From positions 18,026 through 82,025 of the IMG/VR virus record IMGVR_UViG_2778261533_000001: 64,000 nt of DNA; one strand, written 5' to 3'. Made by a program: the position numbers and the translations under genes. Positions within the stretch are counted from its first letter, which is position 1, and the number at the start of each line of letters is the position of its first letter. A model generated the notes under the pieces. The model saw only the letters and a list, made by a program, of their open reading frames with translations, was not told where the DNA came from and did no database searches. Source of the DNA: a virus (lineage: Duplodnaviria > Heunggongvirae > Uroviricota > Caudoviricetes). Of the stretch, positions 1 through 10,912 are shown piece after piece.

Positions 1-132
1 ATTGAAAATGTAAAAAAACAAATTGCCATCACTCGCGAAGAGAAAAAGGTTAAGTCAGCCGCATCAGTTACGCGCAGCCGTAAAACCAAGAAGGGGCAGC
101 CAGTAAACGACAACCCCGAAAGCGCGCAATAA
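1..132 (+). CDS. c1: C1 repressor of lysogeny, 3' end (partial, begins upstream of window)
   Basis: Frame-1 translation from nt 1 gives IENVKKQIAITREEKKVKSAASVTRSRKTKKGQPVNDNPESAQ then stop, matching the remembered C-terminus of P1 C1; consistent with the C1 operator-like sites scattered through the window. Confidence 0.85.
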   Translation: MENVKKQIAITREEKKVKSAASVTRSRKTKKGQPVNDNPESAQ

Positions 133-164
133 ATTATGCCCGGCATCAACCGGGCATTCTTCCA

Positions 165-1280
165 TTATTCAGCCGCCACCGGTTTTAACAAACCAGCATC
201 AAGTAGCTTGCGAGTTAACCACTGCTGGCCTTTACCCGTTAATTGAGGCGTCAACCGTATCTGGTAGCCATCTTCATCATCCAGCACCACTTCTTTCACC
301 GTGAAATACCCGGCGTTGATGTATTGCTGGAACGGCACATTTTTACGTCCGCCGGACGCAATCAGGATGCCGTTCTCCCGTAACCAGGCAAACAGCGCGT
401 TTTGCTTAAGTCCAACAACCTTTGCAAAATTTCCAATCAGGATCCCCTTGGCCACTGATACCCGGTCGGCAAAATCGACCTTAGGGGCGGCGGCCACCAG
501 CTGCTGATTTAGCTGGTGGGCTTTCTGTTCCAGAAGTTGCTTTTGTTCAGCCAGTTCGGCAGCCAGGCGCAGAGCTTCAGGAAGCGTCTGGGGGATTGTG
601 ACCGGTTGCTGTTCTTTTTGTCGGAAGTAGCTGTCTTCCAGTTTTTCAAAGAATGCCCATGCCTGATCAGTTTCGAGCATTTTAGCGTGACGGGCAGCGC
701 CGCGTTCTGTCCAGAGAGTGAGTGAGCGGGCTTTGGGTGAGACTGGATTTTGTGAGTAGTTTAAAGCTACCCGCAAATTTTTCAGCTCATCGCCAATAAC
801 CTTGAAAAAGTGCTTCCCTTCAACAAAGCGCACTTTGTTCTCATGATGATTCTGGCGAATACGGATTGTTTCTGTCCCATACCCTTTTGCAAGAGTCTCG
901 GTTGTCACTACACGCATCCCCTGCCACTCCAGAACGGGAATTTCATCCGGCTGATTTTGAGCAACCACCAGCTCCGATTTCTGAACTGAAGTTGCATGAA
1001 TTTTTTCTGATTTAACGTTAGTTGCTTTCATTCTGTGTGCCTCCTTGCGTGCTTCGGCTGCGATGGTTGCGTAATTCAGATGCCCCTGTTCGAGCAGGTA
1101 TTCGCGGATATCAGACAACAGGATACGGTGAACCGCGTTCTTGTCCTTTCTCCGGTAAAGTTGTTTGGTGATCATGAAGTAGTTGGCAATAACGCCTGGT
1201 ATATCTCTGGTGCTGATACAGGCAGTGTGCTGTTCAATTGCCTCAATCATTTCTTCACGGGTGACTAATGACGTTCTCAT
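165..1280 (-). CDS. Antirepressor-like protein (Ant/KilA C-terminal domain family), second copy
   Basis: 371-aa ORF; N- and C-terminal regions nearly identical to the 469-aa Ant at 49780..51189 (C-terminal ~180 aa shared, ending LTGKGQQWLTRKLLDAGLLKPV); start overlaps stop of upstream icd-like ORF. Confidence 0.6.
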   Translation of the reverse strand: MRTSLVTREEMIEAIEQHTACISTRDIPGVIANYFMITKQLYRRKDKNAVHRILLSDIREYLLEQGHLNYATIAAEARKEAHRMKATNVKSEKIHATSVQKSELVVAQNQPDEIPVLEWQGMRVVTTETLAKGYGTETIRIRQNHHENKVRFVEGKHFFKVIGDELKNLRVALNYSQNPVSPKARSLTLWTERGAARHAKMLETDQAWAFFEKLEDSYFRQKEQQPVTIPQTLPEALRLAAELAEQKQLLEQKAHQLNQQLVAAAPKVDFADRVSVAKGILIGNFAKVVGLKQNALFAWLRENGILIASGGRKNVPFQQYINAGYFTVKEVVLDDEDGYQIRLTPQLTGKGQQWLTRKLLDAGLLKPVAAE

Positions 1281-1498
1281 ACTCCCTCCTGAGCAGAAGC
1301 GTTAACAGGGAGGCACCAGTAACTGAGAGAATTGCGCGAATCAGTAGAAAAACGGGCGGAGAAAATGCAAGGTGCATCAGGAAGCTGAGGGCGAGCCTCA
1401 TCTTCTGTCGGTGCAATAACGAAGTGATAGTGACGTTTCTGGCAGGAATAAAAGCGCCAGATAAATTCAGGGTGAGTTGGGGTAGGGATAGTAGCCAT
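1277..1498 (-). CDS. Icd-like small protein (second copy)
   Basis: 73 aa, paralog of the Icd at 51186..51407 (shared EFIWRFYSC.K.HYHFVIA.TEDEAR.QLPD.PCIF.ARFST.SRNSLSYW); RBS AAGGAGG upstream; overlaps ant-like start. Confidence 0.6.
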   Translation of the reverse strand: MATIPTPTHPEFIWRFYSCQKRHYHFVIAPTEDEARPQLPDAPCIFSARFSTDSRNSLSYWCLPVNASAQEGV

Positions 1499-1837
1499 AA
1501 TGGCAGCCTCCTTTTGCTAACTTAAGGAGCTACCGCGTGAGGTTCCAATCTCAATGGCGGTAGCACTGACTGGGTTGGAACTACCGGCGCAAAAGGGAAC
1601 CGGCCTGCCTTTCGGCAGCCCAGCCAGCACTACCATTGATCTCGGAGCTATGTGCTACGTATGGCTGTGCGATGGCATGACACAAAAAAAGACGCTTTTG
1701 GCGTCTGTGTCGCCTTTTGCATTATCCGGGGTTCCAATCCCGGCACCCGTTTTAATGAGGTGCCTGATAAGCATAAACCGAAAATGCCTCAAGGCGCAAG
1801 AGGTCAGGTTCAATGTAACATCGGTAGTTAAAAAACA

Positions 1838-1854
1838 CAATTTATTAGAGCAAA
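1838..1854 (-). promoter_or_regulatory. C1 operator-like site (15/17 to ATTGCTCTAATAAATTT) upstream of the second icd-ant module
   Basis: Sequence aatttattagagcaa on plus strand, the reverse complement of the P1 C1 operator consensus. Confidence 0.55.
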
Positions 1855-1857
1855 TAT

Positions 1858-3342
1858 TCATTCATTAAGCCATGCCAGAGCTTCATCAACCTGCGCTTCG
1901 TCTTCGACGCTAAGCACTTCATCCTGGGGAACATAATCCGCCAGCATAGCGAAACAATATGTATCCCAATGGTCTGGTGAGTGCAGGTTGAGTTTTTTCT
2001 TCATATCCTCCTTACTCATCACCTTCCATTGACCTGCGGAGTTAATCCCTACAGGGATTTTCGACGCTTCCTCAATAGTTTCATTACCCTTATCCAGTCT
2101 CATACGACCAGATTTTACGGCCTCTGCGGCTTGAACGTTGGCATAAGCACGTTTATCAAAGTACAGGCTCTTATCTTCACGGCTATGCATCTTTTTACCC
2201 CAGCGTATACGCTGTACGGTAATACCATAATACTCGTACATCAGATCCGCCGTTGCTTTACCCAGGCCATCGCCGTCTATCGCTATGGTGATATTTGGGA
2301 ATCGCTCAGGATTGCATTCTGCAAAAATTTTGGCGGCAAGCTGCGTTTCTGTAACGTCTGTGTATTCCAGCATTCGATAGTTGATTACACGGCGTTTATT
2401 TCGCTGGCCGGACACCATCATGATATTGATAACGGACTTATCCCGTCCCGTACCACCAGCAACGTCCACACATGCAAGCCAGCCCCATCCTTTGGCAATC
2501 TTGACTTTCCGCCGCGTTGCACGTTCAACCTCATCACGTCCAAGAAGGAAGCCATCCTGTGATTTAGGGAATAGGCCGCGTACCTTAATCATGTACATAG
2601 GGTTATCACGCCCGCCGTACTCCGCCAACTTCATTTTGATAAATGCTGGCGTTACCAGCGGTGATTCCTCACTGTTAAGCGTGATCGCCGTATAAACGCC
2701 ATCAGGGTTACCAGGACGCTTGGCCAGTTTATGGTGTGTATCGTAGAAATAGCCGCTTGGGCGTGTAGGCTGTGACAGTAATAAGATGCGGTTATCCTGT
2801 CCGGTAAGAGCACCGGTGATGATACCGAAAGCTCTATCACTGACACCGGAGGCTTCATCGATAATATACAGAAGATGATCTGCGTGTTCACCGGCGAGAG
2901 CTTCTTCACTTCCCAGACGAAAGCCCTTCGGTACTACAGTCCATACACCTTTACCAGTAACCTCATAGAAAGCGGTTTCTGTCAGAACAAAATAATCAGC
3001 AAGCCATGGGAAACGGCTGGTGGCAGTAGCCCAGTTTATCTTGATGTACTTGAATATACCGGTCATTACCTGCTGAATTTTGTTCGCAACGATAATGGCG
3101 CGGGCACCGGGATACATGATTATGAACAACATGATCATGATAGAAGTCATGTCTGATTTCCCGGTACCGTGACCAGACGAAACAGATGTCTTGCTACCCT
3201 GTTCCTGCACAGACTCAATAATCAGATCCTGCTGCCAGGTAGGTGTTTTGCCGAACAAAACATCAGCGGCCGCAATCCAGTCATAACGATATAGCGCCAC
3301 CAGCTCGCGCCAACGTGGATCCGTTACGCAACTTCTGGACAT
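1858..3342 (-). CDS. pacB: Terminase large subunit / packaging protein PacB
   Basis: 494 aa, same length and position as P1 PacB; immediately downstream of pacA with overlapping start/stop; Walker-like GHGTGKSD motif. Confidence 0.88.
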   Translation of the reverse strand: MSRSCVTDPRWRELVALYRYDWIAAADVLFGKTPTWQQDLIIESVQEQGSKTSVSSGHGTGKSDMTSIMIMLFIIMYPGARAIIVANKIQQVMTGIFKYIKINWATATSRFPWLADYFVLTETAFYEVTGKGVWTVVPKGFRLGSEEALAGEHADHLLYIIDEASGVSDRAFGIITGALTGQDNRILLLSQPTRPSGYFYDTHHKLAKRPGNPDGVYTAITLNSEESPLVTPAFIKMKLAEYGGRDNPMYMIKVRGLFPKSQDGFLLGRDEVERATRRKVKIAKGWGWLACVDVAGGTGRDKSVINIMMVSGQRNKRRVINYRMLEYTDVTETQLAAKIFAECNPERFPNITIAIDGDGLGKATADLMYEYYGITVQRIRWGKKMHSREDKSLYFDKRAYANVQAAEAVKSGRMRLDKGNETIEEASKIPVGINSAGQWKVMSKEDMKKKLNLHSPDHWDTYCFAMLADYVPQDEVLSVEDEAQVDEALAWLNE

Positions 3343-4535
3343 TAATCATCATCCCCGTATAGCTTGCGGGTAACTTCTTCGTCTTCCTCCTCGTCTTCGT
3401 CCAGGTCTTGTTCCAGCCATGGGTCGTTTGATACACCTTCAGTATCAACATCTCCATAACCGCCTGTATCAACGATATCGGCGATTTCTTCCCTACGTTG
3501 CTCAATCCACAATGCAGCATCGGCGCGGCGGTTGGCGGCCCGTTCTCGCGCAACTTTGTCCAGATCTTCAAGAGAAGGGCCACCGACGGCAGTTTGCCTT
3601 TCCTCATCATCGGCATTTGTCTTAGGAGCACGCAGATCGGCTTTGATTTGCTCCAGCATCAGGGGCGGCACTTTCCCTCCATGCGCCTCGATGAATTCAG
3701 CCGCTTCCAGCACTGACCAGTTATTTTCACGCTTTCGTTCGTATGCCAGCTTAACAATGCCAGCTTGCCCCATAGATAAAGCGTGCTTTTCCGCCTCCCG
3801 GCTTTCTTTTCGATAGTTATTCCGGATGCTGTAAATGGTGTTGATCAGGCTGCTTATCTGCGCGGAACAGCTGTTTAGCATGCTCGCGATACGGTATTCA
3901 GGCGGAGTACCTTCATCATCGTCTTTTTGCTGATCGCGCATTTCCTGCACCAGGCGAATACACGTATCCCTGGCGTTCTCCAGCATAAGGAGATGAGAAA
4001 GAGACTTTTCAAGAAGAGTGGTTTCCAGAACATCGGCCCCGGACCGACGCAACATAGCGCGCGCGGCCTTCCGCGCTTCAACGTTATCTATCAGGTAATC
4101 GCCCGCTTCGAATTCAAAGCGTTCACCATCATCATCCAGGGTGTCGCGTTCCAGGCGATCACGTAAGGTCCGGTGGGCACGGGTGATCACGTCATGATCA
4201 TCTGAACGATCATTTATGCGCTTATTTTGGCGCTTCGCATTCTCGACTGCGGCACTGACAACGGCATTAACCCTTTGTTTTTCCGCTATTTCAGCCGCAA
4301 TGCGATCACCTGCATGTTGATCATTAGAGTGATCAATGATCATGCTTTTTAGTGGCTTCCTGACTGGCTTATTTGGCTTGCGGCTGTCCGCTGTCCTGGT
4401 GTCTTCTTTGAAGGCACGGAGATAACGACGTGCAGTATTAGGGTTAAGATTAAACTCGGCGGCATACTGTGCGATGGTGTAACCACCATCTCGCGCCAGG
4501 CGAGCAAAATTCTTCTTGTGATCGTCCCAGGTCAC
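3342..4535 (-). CDS. pacA: Packaging protein PacA (pac-site recognition/cleavage subunit)
   Basis: 397 aa; N-terminus [28 protein letters not shown] and acidic C-terminus [18 protein letters not shown] match remembered P1 PacA; GATC-hexamer pac site lies inside its 5' region. Confidence 0.9.
   Translation of the reverse strand: MTWDDHKKNFARLARDGGYTIAQYAAEFNLNPNTARRYLRAFKEDTRTADSRKPNKPVRKPLKSMIIDHSNDQHAGDRIAAEIAEKQRVNAVVSAAVENAKRQNKRINDRSDDHDVITRAHRTLRDRLERDTLDDDGERFEFEAGDYLIDNVEARKAARAMLRRSGADVLETTLLEKSLSHLLMLENARDTCIRLVQEMRDQQKDDDEGTPPEYRIASMLNSCSAQISSLINTIYSIRNNYRKESREAEKHALSMGQAGIVKLAYERKRENNWSVLEAAEFIEAHGGKVPPLMLEQIKADLRAPKTNADDEERQTAVGGPSLEDLDKVARERAANRRADAALWIEQRREEIADIVDTGGYGDVDTEGVSNDPWLEQDLDEDEEEDEEVTRKLYGDDD
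4150..4345. other. pac site: two clusters of Dam-site (GATC) hexanucleotides
   Basis: GATC at 4157, 4185, 4196, 4208 and at 4304, 4319, 4331, 4338, mostly in TGATCA/CGATCA context, two clusters about 100 bp apart inside pacA as in the P1 pac site. Confidence 0.65.
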
Positions 4536-4620
4536 TTATGCTTCCTTTCGAAAAAACTCTTTTTGACGCGAGGGTAACGAAAGTCACATGTCAAAAGGCC
4601 CGGAACGGGCAAGCAATCAA

Positions 4621-5073
4621 TCAGATACGTGCGGATGTGGCATTACCGTAATGACGGTGCTGACGGGCCACCTTATTGAAAAGTTGACGCGCCATTACCC
4701 AAGGCTGGTGCTCCCGGCGTTCCTTTTCGTCCTGCGTCATATAGAGTTCGTTCTGGAGTTTTTCATCAAACCGGCGCGGTGCGCGGCTGCGGCGAAAGAA
4801 TTCAGGGTTCAGAGAGTGGATCTGAAATCTACGTGGGCGTGTACTATCGTCAATCAAAACAGACGAATACTTAGACACAGCGATAGCCTTTAAGCGCAGA
4901 TAAACGTCGCGCTTATCGACATCCAGATGCGGGTATTCCTTTTCAAGGATTGCTGCGAGTTCTTTCGCTGATAGAAGAGATTTAGTGCGGATCATGTAAT
5001 CCGCAATCTCATACGATGTTATTCGTGAGTGATTTATTTCCATGAAGTGGCGTCCCTGCCAGTTAAGTAACAT
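4621..5073 (-). CDS. lpa: Late promoter activator-like protein (Lpa position)
   Basis: 150-aa ORF directly upstream of pacA; C1 operator-like site in its upstream region (5144..5160); position matches P1 lpa. Confidence 0.55.
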   Translation of the reverse strand: MLLNWQGRHFMEINHSRITSYEIADYMIRTKSLLSAKELAAILEKEYPHLDVDKRDVYLRLKAIAVSKYSSVLIDDSTRPRRFQIHSLNPEFFRRSRAPRRFDEKLQNELYMTQDEKERREHQPWVMARQLFNKVARQHRHYGNATSARI

Positions 5074-5143
5074 CCTGTCACCTACTGATTAGCCCATGTC
5101 AACTAATCAACGTGGAATATAATACTCTCGATTAAAGAAATAG

Positions 5144-5160
5144 CAATACATTAGAGCAAT
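5144..5160 (-). promoter_or_regulatory. C1 operator-like site (14/17) upstream of lpa
   Basis: caatacattagagcaat on plus strand. Confidence 0.4.
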
Positions 5161-5161
5161 T

Positions 5162-6205
5162 TTATCTAACGCTCGACGAATGACTTGTGATAGCGCCGAC
5201 TCCAAGCGCGTAATCAAAGAACAATCGTTGATGCATCGCCAGCCTGCCGTGCGTTTTCTCCCAATTATCGCGGTCACGCTCAATATCACGCTGGCATGAC
5301 TGGCACAGAGGAATTGCGTAAATGTCATGCGCGCATAATCGACTATGACGAACGATATAAGGCGTAATGTGAGCGCCAGCTCCCGCAGCTCCACACCCAC
5401 AGCATGGACGGGAAGCAACAAAGTCCATGTACTCAGGTAATTTTAGCGATTGCAGTTTTGGTATTTTGAAATGCGCCATGCCAGGGTCGGAGTCAACATC
5501 CACAGGGCATACTTTTGCACGCATCGGCGCGGCGCGTTCTTCCATCATCTGAACATATGCTGTAGCGCGATCGTCATACGGGCGAATATCCGCCTCTTTC
5601 AGAGGTCCGCTATCCTGCGTTGCGGCTTTCATCTTATTTATTGATATACGGCAAACTTCTTCCGGCATCAGGTGCATCATGTTGCGCATGAAAGCCCACC
5701 AGCACAGTTCCTGAATACTTAAATCATGGCCATCTGAAAGCCCCATTTCCTGACGGGCGACATCCAGTATCCAGTTAACGCGATTATTATGCAGCGTTTC
5801 TTTCAGCTCATTAAAACCACGCATCCGGTAATGGTTATCGTGATGCCAGCACAACAACACCGCGCTATTGTCTCGTTCAGCGTGGACAATATGGTTGTCA
5901 CACCAACTACGATCTGCGGCCTGGCATTGACCCTCTTTCCTACGCAACCACGCCACCAGCGCGTCAATTCCACCAATACGGCGAAACAGTTCATCGCTGT
6001 TAAAAAACGGCTGCAACGCCTCATTTGTTGCCATAGTTTGCTCGGAAACAACGAGGCCGTCGTCCATGTGCTCGATTAACTCACGCGGCACCGGCTCCAT
6101 AATAAATTTACGGCCAGCCTCCACCAGCTTTCTGACTTCCTGATCCACTTTGAATGTGGCGACGCCAAGCTCTTTTTGTACAAAGGGAGTAATTACGGCT
6201 TTCAC
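5162..6205 (-). CDS. Hypothetical Cys-rich protein at the P1 pdcB (post-doc) position
   Basis: 347-aa ORF between doc and lpa; C-terminal CxxC-rich segments (RPCCGCG, CQSCQ); identity by synteny only. Confidence 0.45.
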   Translation of the reverse strand: MKAVITPFVQKELGVATFKVDQEVRKLVEAGRKFIMEPVPRELIEHMDDGLVVSEQTMATNEALQPFFNSDELFRRIGGIDALVAWLRRKEGQCQAADRSWCDNHIVHAERDNSAVLLCWHHDNHYRMRGFNELKETLHNNRVNWILDVARQEMGLSDGHDLSIQELCWWAFMRNMMHLMPEEVCRISINKMKAATQDSGPLKEADIRPYDDRATAYVQMMEERAAPMRAKVCPVDVDSDPGMAHFKIPKLQSLKLPEYMDFVASRPCCGCGAAGAGAHITPYIVRHSRLCAHDIYAIPLCQSCQRDIERDRDNWEKTHGRLAMHQRLFFDYALGVGAITSHSSSVR

Positions 6206-6232
6206 ATCACACCTTTCATCACTGATTGGGCT

Positions 6233-6433
6233 TTATCTGCTGCCCGGCATTCTCTGTTTAAGCACAACCATTTCCTGACGGCATAACACAGCAATAGCGG
6301 TCCTGGCACCAATTTGCTTACCAACCAGGTATTGCTTTACCTCGCGGCGACTCACGCCATCAAGAAGCATCTTTAACGCTTCACGGGACAACTTGTTGTA
6401 TTTACGTGCCATTAATCTACTCCGCAGAACCAT
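6233..6433 (-). CDS. Small basic protein downstream of doc (pdcA position)
   Basis: 66-aa ORF overlapping the doc 3' end by 17 nt; identity by synteny only. Confidence 0.35.
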
Positions 6434-6797
6434 ACAATCTACGTAACGTGTCGGCGACAGAAGATACAGATATCTCGCCAGTCGCAGCCCCTACAGTAAG
6501 GTCTGCCAGTTCAGGGGAATCAAATACCTGCACCCCGTTACGGCGTAGAAATAGCAGCGCACTGTTTAGCGCGGTACGCTTATTGGCATCATTGAATATA
6601 TGCCCTCTCGCTGTAGCTACCAGGTAGGTGGCGGAGGCTTCGAAAAGGTCGGTGATCTCTTCGTAGGCAACTCTGGCCTGAACTCTCCCGATAATGGCCT
6701 CTGCCCTACCCGGATCAGACATTCCCGGCAGGCCGCCGTAGCGGCTTATATTCGCATCATGAAGCGCAATAAGTTCTTCCGGTGATATATGCCTCAT
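6417..6797 (-). CDS. doc: Doc toxin (Fic-fold kinase) of the phd-doc addiction module
   Basis: 126 aa, [39 protein letters not shown]... essentially the P1 Doc sequence as remembered. Confidence 0.95.
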
Positions 6798-7018
6798 TAT
6801 CGGTTAACCAGTTCCTTGTTGGTGGAGTCCAGGGTGTCAAACAGGGATGCAAATTCAGCATCCAGCGCCGCTTTTTTGTAGGCTTCGAAAGTAGCCTTGC
6901 TGACAATTACTGCTGGCTCACGGCCTCTGCGGGTGATTTCAACCTCTTCCCCGGCTTCAACATTGTTGAGCACTTCAGAAAGGTTGCCACGCGCGGTACG
7001 GAAGTTAATGGATTGCAT
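6797..7018 (-). CDS. phd: Phd antitoxin
   Basis: ORF 6797..7024; P1 Phd begins [39 protein letters not shown], so start taken at second Met (73 aa). Confidence 0.9.
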
Positions 7019-7090
7019 AAACACCTCGTGTACTCGTTATGTGTACACAATTATAAACTTCACAGGCATAAAGCACCAGCACTTTGCAGC

Positions 7091-7480
7091 TTAAATAACC
7101 GGACAATCATCAAACTCCCCACTTCGGGCATCATTGATGACATGAGTGATCACACCAAAAACAGCATTACTGCCCGTGTATCCATCGTCATCTACTGGTA
7201 ACGCCTCTTTCTTCCCGGTGCTTAAATCCTCCAGGTGCTGGCGCGGATACTTCCTGTATCTCTTTATGCGATATTCACCCTCCATAGCGCACACAAGCAG
7301 AGAACCATCAACCGGAGTAAGCGAGGAATCAACCACCAGCAAAGCACCCTGCAATATTCCCTCACGGTGATGGCTATCAGCTGCCCGCATGAAGTAGGTT
7401 GCTGATGGATGCCTGATTAGTTGCTGATCAAGAGAAATTCGGCTTTCAACATAATCCGCCGCAGGAGAAGGGAAGCCCAT
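7091..7480 (-). CDS. humD: UmuD' homolog HumD
   Basis: 129 aa, MGFPSPAADYVE... with S24-peptidase-like core, located upstream of phd-doc as in P1. Confidence 0.85.
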   Translation of the reverse strand: MGFPSPAADYVESRISLDQQLIRHPSATYFMRAADSHHREGILQGALLVVDSSLTPVDGSLLVCAMEGEYRIKRYRKYPRQHLEDLSTGKKEALPVDDDGYTGSNAVFGVITHVINDARSGEFDDCPVI

Positions 7481-7805
7481 AGCGTTTTCACCTCAATAAT
7501 ACTGTTAATTTATACAGTATACATTAAAGAGACACCTTTGGTGCAAACGCGTTACGTACATCAACCACCGCTGATGATTTTGTGCTCTTTGCTACTATTC
7601 ATCACCAACGGATCAGCGTATCGGTAATTCACATTGGCTATGTCCGCCTGTCCATCGAAGAAGATGAAGATCGTTATATCGTACGCCACTATACATTGGA
7701 CAGAAAAGAGCTTCCCAATGAATGGAACATGAGTAATTTCTACAACGGTGAATATGGCTTAAAACCCGCTATGAATGGCGCGGGCATTGCGTAATAGCCT
7801 AACAA

Positions 7806-8045
7806 CTATTCTGTTTTCTGATATGCCGGATCGTTCCCTTTTGGCAGCTGGAGGCTTAACTGCCGGTAGTGCCGTAGACGTTCCATGAAATAGGTGCGCA
7901 GATTCTCTGGTTGCTCGCGGGCTACCTGTTCAGCTATGACAGGTATGTTCAATCGCTCTTTGTACGCCACACCGCTGGCAGCCAGATCAACGTTAACCTT
8001 ATCCCGTTCTTCCTGACTTTTAGCTGCAATATTCCAGTCGCTCAT
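7806..8045 (-). CDS. hot: Pol III theta-subunit homolog Hot
   Basis: 79 aa; [35 protein letters not shown] closely resembles E. coli HolE/P1 Hot. Confidence 0.85.
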   Translation of the reverse strand: MSDWNIAAKSQEERDKVNVDLAASGVAYKERLNIPVIAEQVAREQPENLRTYFMERLRHYRQLSLQLPKGNDPAYQKTE

Positions 8046-8047
8046 AT

Positions 8048-8320
8048 TTAAGGCTCACATTTCCAGATGGTATTCTGAACACCCGAACCGGGCGCAAGAT
8101 TAGGGTTAGCGTTCGCGCTATGCTGATATACTGCTTTAGACTTCCCATATTGCTGACAGGCTTTATCTGCGGTTTTTTGCAGGCTATCCAGGCCATACCA
8201 ACCATCTGACTGTATGCTTACCTTTTCACCGTCGTTGTATTGCACCATTGCACACCCAGATATAGCCAGTATCGCACCGACAATAACGCTTTTCCATAAA
8301 ACTCTATGCAACATATACAA
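8048..8320 (-). CDS. Putative lipoprotein
   Basis: 90 aa with signal peptide and lipobox (AILAISGC). Confidence 0.5.
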   Translation of the reverse strand: MYMLHRVLWKSVIVGAILAISGCAMVQYNDGEKVSIQSDGWYGLDSLQKTADKACQQYGKSKAVYQHSANANPNLAPGSGVQNTIWKCEP

Positions 8321-8359
8321 AAATCCCCTCTGTGAATTGAGGGGATTTTAGCATGGTGA

Positions 8360-8995
8360 TCAGATATCGGCCTTATTCGGAATTTTATCAGCCACCAGCG
8401 GCAATAAAGCCTTCGCCATTTCATGAACCAACATGGCATCAATGACGCCTAGCGTATGGCCCGGTTTAATGTTTAATGCCGCCTCAAGATGACTCCTTTC
8501 CAGGCCGCTTTTCTCGGCTTGTTTATGACGATCTGGTGTAATAACTTCGCCCAAAACGCGGCTAATTTTTTCTCGTAATTGCTGGGTGCCAGCACACTTG
8601 ATCGCTGTATCGTGGAGACGGTTAACCAGTTCGCGATAAACATGCGGCTTAATGCGGATACGTTCACCGGTGACGCCCTTTCCTGGCGCTGGCACCGAAC
8701 TATCCGGATAGTTGCCAGCCTCGTAAGCTACCCGCAGCCAGTGCATGAATGTTTCAGTGGACACACAACCACAGTCCACATCGATTTTTCCGCGTTGCTG
8801 TTCCAGCCACTGCTCAAAATTCAATCTACACGTATTACTTTCATGTTGCTCTTTTTGTCTCAAGGCCAGCATCTGCTGGGCTATTTCCAATACTTCATCT
8901 GCCGTATATCCAGCACCGTGACCATACATTTCGATACGGGAAATAATCTCTGATATACGCTCTTCAGTGATTCTGGTCATTTCTTTTTGCGCCAT
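8360..8995 (-). CDS. Hypothetical protein
   Basis: 211-aa ORF, co-oriented, overlaps the next gene by 19 nt. Confidence 0.45.
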   Translation of the reverse strand: MAQKEMTRITEERISEIISRIEMYGHGAGYTADEVLEIAQQMLALRQKEQHESNTCRLNFEQWLEQQRGKIDVDCGCVSTETFMHWLRVAYEAGNYPDSSVPAPGKGVTGERIRIKPHVYRELVNRLHDTAIKCAGTQQLREKISRVLGEVITPDRHKQAEKSGLERSHLEAALNIKPGHTLGVIDAMLVHEMAKALLPLVADKIPNKADI

Positions 8996-9348
8996 TTCTT
9001 TTCACATTCCTTAGTCCATTTTTCAATGTTCATTTTGGCAATATCAGTCATTCCATCACCTAAGAAATACTTTTTCCGGTATGTCTTGCACTTAAACCAC
9101 ACTACAACAGCCACCAGCCAGAAAATAAAAGGCCATACAGCAATACCAACGACAGCCGCGATAAAGCCCAATAGCCATAAATGAAGCTCTCCAACTTCTG
9201 TTTCCGGCAATATTCTTAAAGAATTAAACAGCAGGCTGAACGAATGGTCGTATGCATTGGCGGTATAAGACATGCAATCCATATAATTAAAGTCATAGCC
9301 TGCGGCTGCCGCCCATAATGGGCGGTCAAGAAAATGTTTTAGTGTCAT
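8977..9348 (-). CDS. Putative membrane protein
   Basis: 123 aa with a long hydrophobic segment (LWLLGFIAAVVGIAVWPFIFWLVAVVVW). Confidence 0.45.
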   Translation of the reverse strand: MTLKHFLDRPLWAAAAGYDFNYMDCMSYTANAYDHSFSLLFNSLRILPETEVGELHLWLLGFIAAVVGIAVWPFIFWLVAVVVWFKCKTYRKKYFLGDGMTDIAKMNIEKWTKECEKKWRKKK

Positions 9349-9830
9349 TATATAAATTTAAGGTTCAGACCAGTTATCTTCAATAGCAATGCTTAATCTT
9401 TGTAGCCATTCTGCTAATTTCAGCATTGCTTCTCTTTCGCTTAAACCACGAGGAAAATCATCAAGCGAAATTGTTGGCTTGAATCCCCCCGCAATTATCC
9501 ATTTCAACTGTCAGATTTTGTTCCAGCACGGTATTTCTTACGCGGCTATTGTGCCGAAGCAAATATACTGAGCGTGATTTATTGGTTTTGTGGTCTAGCT
9601 TATATTCGGTAAGTATCATCTGGCTTTTGCCATGATTATTACCTCTCCACATACTTACCTCACTTAATAAAACAACTCCATGCGTAGTTGATGATTTTTT
9701 CCCACGTAATATAAATCTGCACTCCGGCAGTAAAACCAAAGCCAACAATTGCTGAAAAAATCAAAACATTTACTTTTGACATTATAAATTTTCTCTCGGT
9801 GTCGTAGGTGATAGCACCATAATTGATAAT

Positions 9831-10064
9831 TTAGTGAGTTAGCAGTTCCATTTTTTTGATGATTTCCGCATGAGCATCATCGTTATCAACACTTAGCTCG
9901 TTTAATGCTTCTCGCACTACATCAACTTCTTCAGGCTGAAAGAAGTCGTCGCGGTAATCACCAAATAGAACCGAAACCAGCCTGCCACCAGCAACATCAA
10001 GATTGGCGCTAACAGGTGGCTCTTTGCCATCCTCAAATTCGACTACAAAAGTTAATTTCCCCAT
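9831..10064 (-). CDS. Hypothetical small acidic protein
   Basis: 77-aa ORF. Confidence 0.35.
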   Translation of the reverse strand: MGKLTFVVEFEDGKEPPVSANLDVAGGRLVSVLFGDYRDDFFQPEEVDVVREALNELSVDNDDAHAEIIKKMELLTH

Positions 10065-10140
10065 CGTTACCCCCAGAAGATAAAAATAGCGGCAATCGCC
10101 ATAGCTACGCCTACAATCGCAAATGCTTCAGGCCAGCTTA

Positions 10141-10473
10141 TTACCTCACCTCCAGTCTCCATACCGCCTGACCAATCCGGCTGGCATGGGTATCTTTGGA
10201 TACTGTTCCATCTTTAGCCAGCTCCATAAGAATTTTGCGCAAATCTGCCGAACGCCATTCTTCATCAGGAAATTCCTTCTCCATTGCCAACCGCAGATTC
10301 CAGGTTGCTATCGTGAATGGATATTCCCCGCCGAGAGCTTTCTCTTGCAGGGCAGCACGGGAACGTATCACCTGCAAAACCTTCTCTTTTACATCCATCA
10401 TTTTGCCTCCTGCGGCGGTTCTGGTAGCGGCATCCAGTGTGATGGTATCCACGACGCACCAGGTATTACCCAC
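10141..10473 (-). CDS. Hypothetical protein
   Basis: 110-aa ORF. Confidence 0.4.
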   Translation of the reverse strand: MGNTWCVVDTITLDAATRTAAGGKMMDVKEKVLQVIRSRAALQEKALGGEYPFTIATWNLRLAMEKEFPDEEWRSADLRKILMELAKDGTVSKDTHASRIGQAVWRLEVR

Positions 10474-10516
10474 CCATCATTAGCGTCAGGATGCCCCGGG
10501 ATGTAAGTCGCCCATT

Positions 10517-10912
10517 TCATTCGCCAGTCACCTTTCCTGTCAAACTCCCTGGCAACAAGAACGGCTGTTTTGGTATTCCATATCGCTCGAATACAGCTAA
10601 ATGGTTGCGCATAATCTCAGGCGTAAGCTCTTTGTAAGCATAAGCAAGAGGCTCTGATGCATTATCCGGCACAACCGACGCAAGCGCGGCAGCATAAACA
10701 GGAATAACGTCCACTTGCTCTTTATTGCTTTCATCCGTTAAAGCCCAGAATAATTTCCCGGCCGGATGTTTGAAAATATAAGCAATTGGTTCTGCTTCCA
10801 GCGATGCCAGAGCAATTTCATACGACCGTCGCTCAATATTGTCTCGCACGTCCAGGCTGCTGATACGCTCTTTGATTTCTTTAATCATTTCTTTGTCGGT
10901 TAAAGTTGTCAT
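10517..10912 (-). CDS. Hypothetical protein, paralog of 11787..12302 (shared N-terminal region)
   Basis: 131 aa; TDKEMIKEIKERI.SLDVRDNIERR.YEIALASLEAEP shared with the 171-aa ORF. Confidence 0.5.
   Translation of the reverse strand: MTTLTDKEMIKEIKERISSLDVRDNIERRSYEIALASLEAEPIAYIFKHPAGKLFWALTDESNKEQVDVIPVYAAALASVVPDNASEPLAYAYKELTPEIMRNHLAVFERYGIPKQPFLLPGSLTGKVTGE

Noticed and set aside
1981-2562. 193-aa plus-strand ORF (and similar ORFs at 2381..2695, 2875..3156)
   Set aside because: They lie antisense within pacB, which is strongly supported; treated as spurious.
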